Below are positions 27,860 through 37,467 of a DNA stretch of 64,000 nucleotides, piece by piece (the first letter of the stretch is position 1; every line of letters starts with the position of its first letter). Under the pieces are notes generated by a model. That model made no database searches. It was not told where the DNA came from and saw only the letters and a program-made list of their open reading frames with translations. The translations under genes and the position numbers were made by a program. Source of the stretch: Parcubacteria group bacterium LiPW_41 (GTDB lineage: Bacteria > Patescibacteriota > Minisyncoccia > UBA6257 > GWB1-50-10); assembly GCA_007375535.1 (NCBI GenBank), contig VMEM01000003.1, forward strand, positions 32,811 through 96,810, written 5' to 3'.

Positions 27860-29149
27860 GTGTACACTATTTCTTGTATGAAATATGAGCGAAATCGCTT
27901 AAAACTTTTTTTGTCGCTTATTGTGGTTGCTTCAATTGTCGCCGGTGTGTTTGCATATGAGCCGGTTTGGCAAAAAATAAGTGGAGCACGACCATGGAAT
28001 TTAGGATTAGATCTTGCGGGAGGAACACTTCTCACGTATGAAATAGATCTTTCCCAAGTAAAAGATGCAGACAGAGATGCGGTAGCACGAGGACTTCGTG
28101 ACGTTATTGAAAAACGTGTCAATTTATTTGGAGTGAGCGAACCAAAAGTATATGGAGAAAAAGTAGGGGAATCCAATCGACTTGTAGTAGAGCTTGCAGG
28201 AATAAAAGATGTTGATCAGGCAGTGAAAATGATCGGAGAGACTCCGTTCTTAGAGTTTCGTGAGATTCAAGAGGAGAAACTTCCAAACGGATCAAGTACT
28301 GCCGCATTTATCCCAACAGCACTTAATGGACGTTTTGTTACTCGTGCATCTTTGGGAAGGGATCCACAGACAAATGTAATAGAAATTAATTTTTCTTTGA
28401 ACGAAGAAGGTGCAAGTCATTTTGAACAAATAACAGGGAAAAATATTGGAAAACCAATTTGTTTGTTTCTTGATGGGCAACCAATCATTCCGGATGACAT
28501 AAACGATAGCTGTCCAAATGTACAATCAAAAATTTCTGGAGGAAATGCTCGCATTACCGGTCAGTTTTCTGTAGATCGTGCAAAGCAAATTGTTGAACGT
28601 TTCAATGCTGGGGCATTGCCAGCTCCAGTGAAGCTTATCAACCAGCAGACAATTGGTGCTGACTTTGGTAAGGATTCATTGAATAAAGCAATATTTGCTG
28701 GAGCGATTGGAACTCTTATCGTGATGTTGTTTATGATGGGGTATTACCGAAAACTTGGAGTATTCGCTGCGATAGCACTTCTTTTTTACGTTGCTCTTAC
28801 GCTTGGAATATTCAAGCTTCTAGGGGTGACAATGACGCTTTCAGGTATTGCAGGATTTATTCTTTCTATTGGTATGGCGGTTGACGCAAATATTTTGGTG
28901 TTTGAGCGAACAAATGAAGAATTTAAGAAGGGCCTTTCGCATCCTGTAGCAATTAATGAAGGATTTCATCGCGCATGGACGTCAATTAGAGATTCAAACA
29001 TATCGACCATGATTACGTCTGGAGTGCTTTATTTCTTCACCTCTGGGTTTGTGCAGGGATTTGCTCTTACGCTTTTTGTTGGAGTTGTCGTAAGCATGTT
29101 TAGTGCAATTACTACGACACGCATGATGCTTAAAGTTTTTGTTAAATAA
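27860..29149 (+). CDS. secD: Protein translocase subunit SecD
   Basis: 429 aa. N-terminal TM, periplasmic domain, C-terminal six-TM SecD/F core. The true start may be Met at 27878. Confidence 0.85.
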   Translation: MYTISCMKYERNRLKLFLSLIVVASIVAGVFAYEPVWQKISGARPWNLGLDLAGGTLLTYEIDLSQVKDADRDAVARGLRDVIEKRVNLFGVSEPKVYGEKVGESNRLVVELAGIKDVDQAVKMIGETPFLEFREIQEEKLPNGSSTAAFIPTALNGRFVTRASLGRDPQTNVIEINFSLNEEGASHFEQITGKNIGKPICLFLDGQPIIPDDINDSCPNVQSKISGGNARITGQFSVDRAKQIVERFNAGALPAPVKLINQQTIGADFGKDSLNKAIFAGAIGTLIVMLFMMGYYRKLGVFAAIALLFYVALTLGIFKLLGVTMTLSGIAGFILSIGMAVDANILVFERTNEEFKKGLSHPVAINEGFHRAWTSIRDSNISTMITSGVLYFFTSGFVQGFALTLFVGVVVSMFSAITTTRMMLKVFVK

Positions 29150-30053
29150 CAATATGAAAAATTTTAATTTAATTAAATATAAAAATTATTTCCTTGGTTT
29201 TTCTGGGATAATGATTGTTCTTTCCTTTATTCTTGTTGGTGTGTTGGGGCTCAAACAAGGAATAGATCTTCGAGGAGGAATGCAGTGGGAAATAAAATTT
29301 TCAGACACTGCAGCGAACGAGAACGCAATAAAGCAAGCACTTCGTTCGGTAAAACAGGAAGGAGAACAGTCAGTGAGGGGAGTTGGTGAGGGAACGTTCT
29401 TTATTCGATTACCAAATGCAACACAAGAAGAGTATGACGCATACAGAGTTGCTTTAAAAAATATTGGGGACTATACCGAATTAAATTTTTCAAACATTGG
29501 TCCAACCATTGGTGACGAACTTCGAAAGCGGGCGATTACTGCAATTCTTTTGGTGTTGTTGGGAATTTCTCTATACATTGCATATGCATTTAGAAAAGTT
29601 TCCAAACCAATTTCTTCTTGGAAATATGGATTTGCAACACTCATTTCATTGTTTCACGATGTTGTAATTCCTACAGGACTTTTAGCGATATTGGGTGCGT
29701 GGAAGGGGATTGAAATTGATACCAATTTTATTGTGGCACTTTTAGTTGTTATGGGTTTTTCAGTTCATGATACGATTGTGGTGTTTGATAGAATTCGCGA
29801 GAATCTCATTGTTCGTCGTGGAAAAGATGATTTTGCTGAGATAATAAACATAAGTGTTCGGGAAACGTTTGCTCGTTCAATTAATACAACGCTTACATTA
29901 ATTATTGTATTGGTTGCTCTTCTCATTTTTGGGCCATCATCGCTATTTTACTTTGTGCTTACTATTCTTGTGGGAACTATATTTGGAACATATTCCTCAA
30001 TCTTCCTTGCAAGTCCAATCCTTTATCTTTGGTCAAGAAAGAGCGCAAAATAA
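29139..30053 (+). CDS. secF: Protein translocase subunit SecF
   Basis: 304 aa. SecF core motifs (GIDLRGG, FHDVVIPTG, FDRIREN). Overlaps the secD end. The true start may be Met at 29154. Confidence 0.85.
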   Translation: MLNNNMKNFNLIKYKNYFLGFSGIMIVLSFILVGVLGLKQGIDLRGGMQWEIKFSDTAANENAIKQALRSVKQEGEQSVRGVGEGTFFIRLPNATQEEYDAYRVALKNIGDYTELNFSNIGPTIGDELRKRAITAILLVLLGISLYIAYAFRKVSKPISSWKYGFATLISLFHDVVIPTGLLAILGAWKGIEIDTNFIVALLVVMGFSVHDTIVVFDRIRENLIVRRGKDDFAEIINISVRETFARSINTTLTLIIVLVALLIFGPSSLFYFVLTILVGTIFGTYSSIFLASPILYLWSRKSAK

Positions 30054-30057
30054 TCAA

Positions 30058-30088
30058 AAAAGAGCCCTTTTCAAGGCTCTTTTTTTGT
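30058..30088 (+). terminator. Intrinsic terminator after secF
   Basis: Hairpin aagagcc-cttttcaa-ggctctt followed by tttttt. Confidence 0.7.
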
Positions 30089-30165
30089 TGGAACGAGCAA
30101 AATATACCATATGGTCAGACTAAATCTCAAGGGTCCCCATATGGGGCGTTTCTTCTAGGGAGTGC

Positions 30166-30194
30166 TTGACTTGACACTTGGAATAGTGTATATT
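30166..30194 (+). promoter_or_regulatory. Sigma-70-type promoter TTGACT-N17-TATATT with an extended -10 TG
   Basis: ttgacttgacacttggaatagtgtatatt upstream of ORF 30227. Confidence 0.45.
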
Positions 30195-30226
30195 AACATA
30201 GTAAAACAAAACAATATTTACGCACT

Positions 30227-31237
30227 ATGGTCCAGAATATCGATCAATTTATAAATACTCTTTTCGAGGATTTTAACCCAAAACAAAAGAAAGTTGCTTT
30301 TGGCCGTTTTGGTTTAAAAAATGGGAAGCGTCTTACTCTTCAAGAAATTGGAGATGAACTTGGAATTACCCGAGAGCGCGTCCGTCAAATAGAGGAGCAG
30401 TTACTTTCAAAGCTTCGTGATCGAGTGCGTAAAGATGCGAAGGAGTTGATTGATATTGCAACAAAGCGTCTTGATTCAATGCATGGAGTTGAGTTGGATG
30501 AAACATTCATTTCCGCAATGAAAGAGAAGCTTCCTAGTACTGATGTGAAATATATAACAGAAAAACTTCGATTTGTTTTTCTTGCAGCAGGAATTCCACA
30601 GTACGCAAAAGAAGACGACACAATGAATGCGTATTGGTTTTCAACAAAAGAATCAAAAGAGAATTTTATTTCTTTTGTAAAACGAATGACACAGTTTTTC
30701 AAAGGGGGAGACCGCAACCAAATACTTCGTGAGAAATCATATCTCTCAGAATGCAAGGGATGCGAACATCTTCTTAAGATTCCTAAACATTTTGGCGTGA
30801 ACGTATTTGGAGATCTTGGACTTCGTGATTGGGCAGAAATTGAACCAAAGACAATTCGTGATAAGGCATATCTCGTGTTAAAGAAACATGGACAGCCACT
30901 TCACTTTGTTTCGGTGGCAAAGAATATCAATGAGTTCGGACTTGATAAAAAGAAAGCACACACACAGACCGTACACAATGAATTAATCAAAGATAATCGT
31001 TTTGTACTCGTCGGTCGTGGTATTTATGGTCTTAAGGAGCATGGATTTGAAACCGGAACTGTTCGTGAGGTAATTACTACATTGCTTAAGAAGCACGGAC
31101 CATTAACTTCAAACGAAGTAGTAACCTTGGTAAACAAACAGCGTTTTTTGAAAGAAAATACCATTTTGTTAAGTTTGCAGAATCGTAAATATTTTTCTCG
31201 AATTGAAAACGGAAAATATCACACCAAGCAGGCATAA
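30227..31237 (+). CDS. Sigma-70 region 4 (HTH) domain protein with an uncharacterised C-terminal extension
   Basis: N-terminal RLTLQEIGDELGITRERVRQIEEQLLSKLR matches the sigma-70 region 4.2 helix-turn-helix. The remaining 250 aa have no recognisable family. Confidence 0.6.
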   Translation: MVQNIDQFINTLFEDFNPKQKKVAFGRFGLKNGKRLTLQEIGDELGITRERVRQIEEQLLSKLRDRVRKDAKELIDIATKRLDSMHGVELDETFISAMKEKLPSTDVKYITEKLRFVFLAAGIPQYAKEDDTMNAYWFSTKESKENFISFVKRMTQFFKGGDRNQILREKSYLSECKGCEHLLKIPKHFGVNVFGDLGLRDWAEIEPKTIRDKAYLVLKKHGQPLHFVSVAKNINEFGLDKKKAHTQTVHNELIKDNRFVLVGRGIYGLKEHGFETGTVREVITTLLKKHGPLTSNEVVTLVNKQRFLKENTILLSLQNRKYFSRIENGKYHTKQA

Positions 31238-31272
31238 TAGATAGGGATTAGGGTTTAGTGACTAGAAAAAAT

Positions 31273-31300
31273 CCTCAGGTAATTGGGGATTTTTGTTTTA
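31273..31300 (+). terminator. Weak terminator after the sigma r4 gene
   Basis: Short hairpin aatcc-tcaggtaattgg-ggatt followed by tttttg. Confidence 0.35.
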
Positions 31301-31331
31301 TAAAGATGCTCTTGATGCTACAATATAAGTA

Positions 31332-32720
31332 ATGTTGAATGAGGTTTCAGGACATTTTGGAGATACGTTAACAGAACTTTTAGGAAAGGCTGAAATTTGG
31401 ATATTTCTTGTTCTTGTTGGGGTTTCTATTGCCGTTCCTTTTATTGCTCCACAAGAAGTAGTAAATATTTTTATTCGTTTCCTTGAGCTTACGTGGCCAA
31501 TTTGGTTATTCTTTTTTCTTTTTGAGATAGCAAAACCGCTTTATCTATTTATCAAACAGGAACAGTTTAAAGAAAAAGAGATGGCGGGAGAAAAAAATGC
31601 TCTTCTCGAACTCAGAATCCCACGAGCTCTTGAGAAGGGTCCACAGGCAATGGAGCAGATTCTTTTAGCAATACATGGAATGACTGGATCTCCAGGTGAT
31701 TGGAATAAAATCTGGCTTGATGGAGAAACGATGCTTTGGTTTTCACTTGAAATGGTGAGTATCGGGGGAGAGGTACATTTTTATGTACGAATTCCTAAAA
31801 GAAGTAAGAATCTTGTTGAAGCGGTCATTTTATCAAGTTATTCAGATATTGAAGTCGTTGAGGTTCCAGATTATATTTCGATAATTCCAGAAACAACTGC
31901 TGATTTATATGCTGAAGAAAAAGATATTTGGGGGACTGAAATAAAACTTGCGAAGGATTCAATGTATCCAATTAGAACATATGCATCTTTTGGTACTTCA
32001 GAAGAAAATGCAACTGCACTTGATCCGGCATCATCGTTTCTTGAAATACTCGGCAAATTAAAGACGGGAGAATTTGCTGGGGTCCAAATTGTTATTCAAC
32101 CTGCAGCGAAAGACTGGGGAAAACAATGGGCTGAGGCGTTAGATAAATTAAGGACGCCAAAAGTTGTTGGAACAACTCAACTTACTGATCCAAAAGAAAC
32201 AACCGCAACGATTGATGCAGTTGCACGAAATCTTGCAAAGTCTGCGTTTAAAACGTTAATTCGGGTTATGTATGTTGGTCCAACTACAGTGTTTAAAGAT
32301 GGTTCTGGATTTGTGCGTGGTGGAATTACTGGTGCATTCAATCAATATAGCTCTCCAACATTGAATGCATTTAAAGCAAATGGAGCTGTTGGTACTAGTG
32401 TTGATAAGTGGAAGAAGCCATATATTTTAAATGATGTAAGACTTGAAATGAAAAAACAGAGAATGTTGTGGAATTATCGAAAAAGAAAACTTGCGCCACA
32501 GTCATTTGTTGAAAAGTTTTTCACGTCATTTTCAACAAATGGAAATAATTCTGAGAGTTTTGAGCTCGCACTTGATGGGGTAGCAACAATCTTCCATTTG
32601 CCAACTTCTGTTGTTCTCACCACTCCACACATGCGAAGAGTTGAAAGTAAGAAATCTGGTCCTCCTGTTGGACTTGCAATATTTGGTGAAGAGTCGCAAT
32701 TGGAAAAATTTGGAGGGTGA
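31332..32720 (+). CDS. Module gene 1: membrane protein with two N-terminal TM helices and a large soluble domain (uncharacterised)
   Basis: 462 aa. TM helices around residues 20-70. No recognisable catalytic motif. First gene of a tightly packed, partly overlapping five-gene set. Confidence 0.5.
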   Translation: MLNEVSGHFGDTLTELLGKAEIWIFLVLVGVSIAVPFIAPQEVVNIFIRFLELTWPIWLFFFLFEIAKPLYLFIKQEQFKEKEMAGEKNALLELRIPRALEKGPQAMEQILLAIHGMTGSPGDWNKIWLDGETMLWFSLEMVSIGGEVHFYVRIPKRSKNLVEAVILSSYSDIEVVEVPDYISIIPETTADLYAEEKDIWGTEIKLAKDSMYPIRTYASFGTSEENATALDPASSFLEILGKLKTGEFAGVQIVIQPAAKDWGKQWAEALDKLRTPKVVGTTQLTDPKETTATIDAVARNLAKSAFKTLIRVMYVGPTTVFKDGSGFVRGGITGAFNQYSSPTLNAFKANGAVGTSVDKWKKPYILNDVRLEMKKQRMLWNYRKRKLAPQSFVEKFFTSFSTNGNNSESFELALDGVATIFHLPTSVVLTTPHMRRVESKKSGPPVGLAIFGEESQLEKFGG

Positions 32721-32731
32721 CATTCTAGTTT

Positions 32732-33283
32732 ATGAATATTGATCGAATTATATATGGAACTTGGGACTCTATTGTAGCTTTTTTCTCGCTTCCGTGGGAT
32801 ATGTATTTTACTGTTTTGCGTAATATTTTTGTTATTATTGATGTTGCGCTTGTTGTTCTTATAGTTTCCCTTTTTGTAAAAGCAAGAACATTTGCCCCTC
32901 CACTTTCAAAGAAGTTCTCACAACCTTCTCTTGTGGGTCTTTTGAAGAGAAAGGGTTTAATTCAAAAGTATGTTTCGATGTGGGAAAAGATTGTTGAAGA
33001 TTCTGAAAGCGCTCCGCCACATTCGTATACAACTGCGATTGTGAATGCTGATATTTTAATCGATGAATTATTAAAAGATGCGGGATTTGAAGGAAAGGAT
33101 ATGGGAGAGCGCTTGGGAAAACTTAATGGACTTCGAATCAAATCTCTTGATGGAGTTTGGAGTGGGCACCGTTTGAGAAATAAAATTGTTCACACATCTG
33201 GATTTGAGGCTTCAAAAAAGGCAAAAGATGAAGCACTTAAGGTGTATGAGGAATTTTTGAAGGAGGTAAAAATACTCTCATAA
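32732..33283 (+). CDS. Module gene 2: single-TM membrane protein. Candidate detached membrane anchor of the downstream ATPase.
   Basis: 183 aa. TM helix VIIDVALVVLIVSLFV. Its stop overlaps the start of the ATPase gene by 1 nt, suggesting translational coupling. Confidence 0.45.
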   Translation: MNIDRIIYGTWDSIVAFFSLPWDMYFTVLRNIFVIIDVALVVLIVSLFVKARTFAPPLSKKFSQPSLVGLLKRKGLIQKYVSMWEKIVEDSESAPPHSYTTAIVNADILIDELLKDAGFEGKDMGERLGKLNGLRIKSLDGVWSGHRLRNKIVHTSGFEASKKAKDEALKVYEEFLKEVKILS

Positions 33284-34626
33284 TGACAAAAGAAGGGAAG
33301 ATACAACTTATAAAATATGCTCCGCCACCGCCGGAGCTTCCAATGCTTGGAAAGGTGCAATCAAGTGACGTTTCTTTTATTGGAAGGACAAACTATGTTG
33401 CTGGACTCGAAGAGAAGCGATTTGTTTTTGGTATAAAGAGAATTGATAGAAAAAGACACATATATACCATAGGGAAGAGTGGTGTTGGAAAATCAAAGTT
33501 TTTAGAATTACTCATACGACAAGACATCGCACACAAAAAAGGGGTATGCGTTATTGATCCTCATGGTGACATAACTAGTAATATTTTAGATTGTATTCCA
33601 GAAGACAGAGTTCGCGATGTGTGTATAATTGATCCATCGGATGCTGAGTTTCCTGTATCATTCAATCCATTTTCAAATATTGATCCTATGTTCAGGCATC
33701 AACTTGCTCAAGGATTTATTGAGATAATGAAGAAACAATTTGATGTTAATTGGACCCCTCGAATTGAGCACGTTTTTCGCTTTTCTATTCTTGCACTTCT
33801 TGATTATCCTGATGTCGCAATGATGGGTATGGTCTCCATTCTTACTGATAGCGAATACCGATCTCTGGTGATTCCACATATTAAAGATGCAATGGTAAAA
33901 AAGTTTTGGAGTGTTGAGTTTCCTGAGTATTCAGAAAAGTATGAAAATGAAGCAATTATTCCTTTGGTAAATAAATTAAGTCAATTTCTTTCAAATCCTT
34001 TATTGCATAATATTTTTACACAAAAAGAAAATAAAATTGATTTTGAGGCACTAATGAATGGAGAAAAAATAATTCTCATTAATCTTTCGAAGGGAAAACT
34101 TGGAGAAGAGAATGCGAATTTTTTGGGTTCTATTTTTATTGCAAAAATAAAACAAGCGGGGATGATGCGTGCGGCAATACCAGAGTGGGCCCGAAAGGAT
34201 TTTTATGTTTATATTGATGAATTTCAAAATTTAGTTACTGAAACATTTGAAAATCTTCTTTCTGAGTCAAGAAAATATGGAATTTGTCTTGCTATTTCTC
34301 ATCAATATATGGGGCAACTTTCTAATAAAATGCAGGCAGCCATTATTGGTAGTGTCGGATCGATAGTTATATTTCGTGTTGGGGGAGAGGATGCTGAGCG
34401 ACTTGAGGTTGAAATGACTCCGATATTTAAAGCGAAGGATATGATCAATTTGGGTGTTCAGGAATTTTACATAAAAATGACAATTGATGGCGAAACTCAT
34501 GATCCATTTTCTGCCGATACATTGAAGGTTCTCCCGTTTCCTGGTTCATCGTTTCGAGAATTAATTACAGCTACATCTCGAGAACATTTTGCGATAACGC
34601 GCGCTGAAGCAGAGATGGTGATATAA
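33283..34626 (+). CDS. Module gene 3: P-loop ATPase of the VirD4/TraG - HerA/VirB4 (FtsK-HerA) superfamily, lacking its own TM segment
   Basis: 447 aa. Walker A TIGKSGVGKS. VIDPHGD motif typical of HerA/VirB4/VirD4. Walker B VYIDEFQNL. C-terminal RKYGICLAISHQYMGQL resembling the VirD4/TraG QSxxQL and HerA TQRPS motifs. Confidence 0.65.
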   Translation: MTKEGKIQLIKYAPPPPELPMLGKVQSSDVSFIGRTNYVAGLEEKRFVFGIKRIDRKRHIYTIGKSGVGKSKFLELLIRQDIAHKKGVCVIDPHGDITSNILDCIPEDRVRDVCIIDPSDAEFPVSFNPFSNIDPMFRHQLAQGFIEIMKKQFDVNWTPRIEHVFRFSILALLDYPDVAMMGMVSILTDSEYRSLVIPHIKDAMVKKFWSVEFPEYSEKYENEAIIPLVNKLSQFLSNPLLHNIFTQKENKIDFEALMNGEKIILINLSKGKLGEENANFLGSIFIAKIKQAGMMRAAIPEWARKDFYVYIDEFQNLVTETFENLLSESRKYGICLAISHQYMGQLSNKMQAAIIGSVGSIVIFRVGGEDAERLEVEMTPIFKAKDMINLGVQEFYIKMTIDGETHDPFSADTLKVLPFPGSSFRELITATSREHFAITRAEAEMVI

Positions 34627-35738
34627 TGGTTGTAATGAAGGTATCGCGCGTTATAAAAAAAATTGTGCAGAGAGGGAGAGAGCGCGTGTTACTCGTTGAA
34701 GAAACTGAACGAGGATATTTGGGAAGTGAATTAAATGTTCGAGGAGAGGATCTTGTAATAAAGAAGCAAAAGAAAATAAAAACGCTTACCGATATATCAA
34801 AGTCAATTGTACCTGAATTGATGTATGATCGTATTATTCTTGCGCTTCGAGCAGAGAATGTTGCAACAATTGAAAGTTCTGTTTCGGTATTTCGTGTACA
34901 TCAAGATGAACTTATTGATGATGGAGAATTAGATAGTTTGTTGTTTCATGCTCTCTGGAGTTTTCTCAATAAATTTAGACCTCTCGCGGCAAAGAAGCTC
35001 AACGCATCAGAGCTTGATCTTGTGATTGCAAATATTGCTGTGTTTGGAGTGAAGCTTCAAGGACACAATGTGTTTAATCCACTGGGTTTTTCTGGGAAAG
35101 AGATTGAATTTTCTTTTCGTGTATCATTCATCTCTCGTTCTTTACTCCCTATACTCGAACGAATTGCGAGGCGTTCAGAGTCTGGTCCGATTGTTACGGA
35201 GCGTGGAGCAATTCTTGCAAGTATGATTTCAAGACCAGGTATCCTTTTTGATGTAGATAAAACAAAGACACTTTGGTACGAAATTGGAGATGAGTGTGGA
35301 TTTAGGGGTTCTATTGATTGGGGATATTCGAATATTTACACCTCATTAGGAGAGGTATTTGGTGTTTCTTCAGAATATATATACGAACTTCTTCCTCGTT
35401 TTTCTTCTCATAGAATATCCTTGAGGGTAAAAGGAATTGTTGAGAAAATAATTAGAGATGAATATAAGCAATTTAAAGAATTTGCAGACACATCATTAAA
35501 AGCAGAACACCACGAATCGCTTCGGGGTGAGGGAAGAATAATACACTTTGAAGATGAAAATATCGCATCGGTTTTTTCATCTGACGAGCGATATAAGATA
35601 TCTGATAAATCATTTTTCCTTGGGCAAAAAACATCTTTGGCGCTTGCATCGTTTCCTTTTGTACATCCACAATATGAATATTTAAATCAGCTTTTGCGAC
35701 GAAGGGCAAAATGGCTCGTCCCATTAAATAGTGAATAA
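34626..35738 (+). CDS. Module gene 4: cytoplasmic protein of unknown function
   Basis: 370 aa. No TM segment and no recognisable motifs. Start overlaps the ATPase stop. Confidence 0.45.
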   Translation: MVVMKVSRVIKKIVQRGRERVLLVEETERGYLGSELNVRGEDLVIKKQKKIKTLTDISKSIVPELMYDRIILALRAENVATIESSVSVFRVHQDELIDDGELDSLLFHALWSFLNKFRPLAAKKLNASELDLVIANIAVFGVKLQGHNVFNPLGFSGKEIEFSFRVSFISRSLLPILERIARRSESGPIVTERGAILASMISRPGILFDVDKTKTLWYEIGDECGFRGSIDWGYSNIYTSLGEVFGVSSEYIYELLPRFSSHRISLRVKGIVEKIIRDEYKQFKEFADTSLKAEHHESLRGEGRIIHFEDENIASVFSSDERYKISDKSFFLGQKTSLALASFPFVHPQYEYLNQLLRRRAKWLVPLNSE

Positions 35739-35780
35739 CGCGTTTCTGTGTTTTTGTTTATGTTAAGATGAAATAGAACA

Positions 35781-37403
35781 ATGGAAAAAAAGATATTTCT
35801 TGAAAAAAATGATGGGTTAGAAGTTGCTGTTGAAAGTCTTATTGAAACAAAATCTGACACTGTTATTTTGAATGTTCCAAAAGATTCAGTTTTAGGAAGA
35901 TCGGTAAATAATTTTCATGTATTAAAGCGAGAGGGGAATACTGCAGGAAAGGCTCTCATGATTGAGTCGGTTGATGATCATATTCTTGAACTTGCATCTC
36001 TTGCAACAATTACTGCAATTAATCCTGTGTTTAAAAAAACAGAGCGGGCGGTTTCTGATATTATTCCTCGTGCCGCAGTAATTTTAAAAAAAAGTACATT
36101 TGGTTTAGAAAAAAAAGAGACACAGACAAAGGAAGAGGTGACAAAAGAAAAAGAAGAGTCGGAAGTTCCACCATCTTCAAGGACTCCAGCGGTCACATTT
36201 TATACGCAGCCGAAGTTATCAGAAAAAGCCAATTCCAATTTTTCGGTAGAGAAGAAGGTTATTAATAAGACGATGTTTATAATTGGAGGATTGGTTTCTA
36301 TTGGTGTTTTTTTGTTCATCTATTTAGGTTGGTTTGTTCTTCCAAAAGCTTCAATTGTGATCACCATGAGGCAAAAAGCAGTCCAATTTGATGAGACTGT
36401 ATTGGTGTCGCAGAATTATGCAAAAACTGAGGTCACGGACTCAAAAATTCTTTTAAGGGGGCAATTAGTTTCCTCGAATGGGAATATTTCTTTGCCGGTT
36501 TCTGGGGTAAAACAAGCAGAGGGAGGCGCAACAAATGCAAGGGGAATAATTAAGGTGTTTAATGCTTATGGAACAACACCTCAAAAATTAGTAGCAACAA
36601 CAAGATTTCAGGCGCCTGATGGAAAAATATTTAGAACACAATCTGACATAGTGGTACCTGGTGGAATCATGGTTAAAGGGGTGTTAAAACCAGGGAGTAT
36701 AAATGTTGATGTTGTTGCAAGTGAAGCAGGAGATTCATATAATCTTCCTCCGATTGAAAAGTGGGTAATTCCTGGATTTAAAGGAACTCCACGATACGAA
36801 AAATTTTATGGTACCTCTGAATCTGCTATGGAGGGGGGAGGAAGTGGTGTGACAATTGCTGTATCATCATCAACTGAGGGTGAAACTGAAGAAACGGTAA
36901 TTGAGAAATTGAGAATCTCTCTTGAGGAAAAAAAGAAAATTGTTAATACGGTTGGATTGAAGGTTCCTGAGGGCGCGGTGTCTTTTGTGGTGACAAAAAA
37001 AGATTTACAGTATTCTTCTTCGTCTGATTCGTTGTTATACGTTGAAGGAACACTTAGAGAAATTGGGTTTAGCGAAGAAGATCTGAAATCCGCAATTTTT
37101 GAACAAACAAAAGAAGAGGCTGGCGAGAAAATGAGGATGCGTGTAGTAAATATATCGTATGGAACATCAACTCCTGATTTTTCTGCTGGGTCACTTTCAA
37201 TGAAAATAAAAGGGTCTATTATTTTTGAGGAAGATATTGAAGTTGATTCTCTAAAACCTTTAATCTTAGGAAAAAAGACCGATGAGGTTCGTTCATATAT
37301 TTTGTCTCTTCCGTGGGTCGAATCGGCAAAGATATCATTCAGATTTCCTTGGCTTTCTAGAATCCCAACGAATCCTGAAAAAGTAGAGTTAAAACTTGAG
37401 TAA
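35781..37403 (+). CDS. Module gene 5: bitopic membrane protein (cytoplasmic N-domain, one TM, large extracytoplasmic C-domain)
   Basis: 540 aa. Acidic linker. TM MFIIGGLVSIGVFLFIYLGWFVL at about residue 200. C-terminal 320 aa predicted outside. Confidence 0.5.
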   Translation: MEKKIFLEKNDGLEVAVESLIETKSDTVILNVPKDSVLGRSVNNFHVLKREGNTAGKALMIESVDDHILELASLATITAINPVFKKTERAVSDIIPRAAVILKKSTFGLEKKETQTKEEVTKEKEESEVPPSSRTPAVTFYTQPKLSEKANSNFSVEKKVINKTMFIIGGLVSIGVFLFIYLGWFVLPKASIVITMRQKAVQFDETVLVSQNYAKTEVTDSKILLRGQLVSSNGNISLPVSGVKQAEGGATNARGIIKVFNAYGTTPQKLVATTRFQAPDGKIFRTQSDIVVPGGIMVKGVLKPGSINVDVVASEAGDSYNLPPIEKWVIPGFKGTPRYEKFYGTSESAMEGGGSGVTIAVSSSTEGETEETVIEKLRISLEEKKKIVNTVGLKVPEGAVSFVVTKKDLQYSSSSDSLLYVEGTLREIGFSEEDLKSAIFEQTKEEAGEKMRMRVVNISYGTSTPDFSAGSLSMKIKGSIIFEEDIEVDSLKPLILGKKTDEVRSYILSLPWVESAKISFRFPWLSRIPTNPEKVELKLE

Positions 37404-37418
37404 TTTCTAGTCGAGTGC

Positions 37419-37447
37419 TTGACTCTTTTTGTTTTTCTTCATATAAT
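37419..37447 (+). promoter_or_regulatory. Consensus sigma-70 promoter TTGACT-N17-TATAAT upstream of the infA-rpmJ-rpsM ribosomal operon
   Basis: ttgactctttttgtttttcttcatataat. Exact hexamers, 17-nt spacer. Confidence 0.55.
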
Positions 37448-37467
37448 TGAAACCGTATTACAAATTC

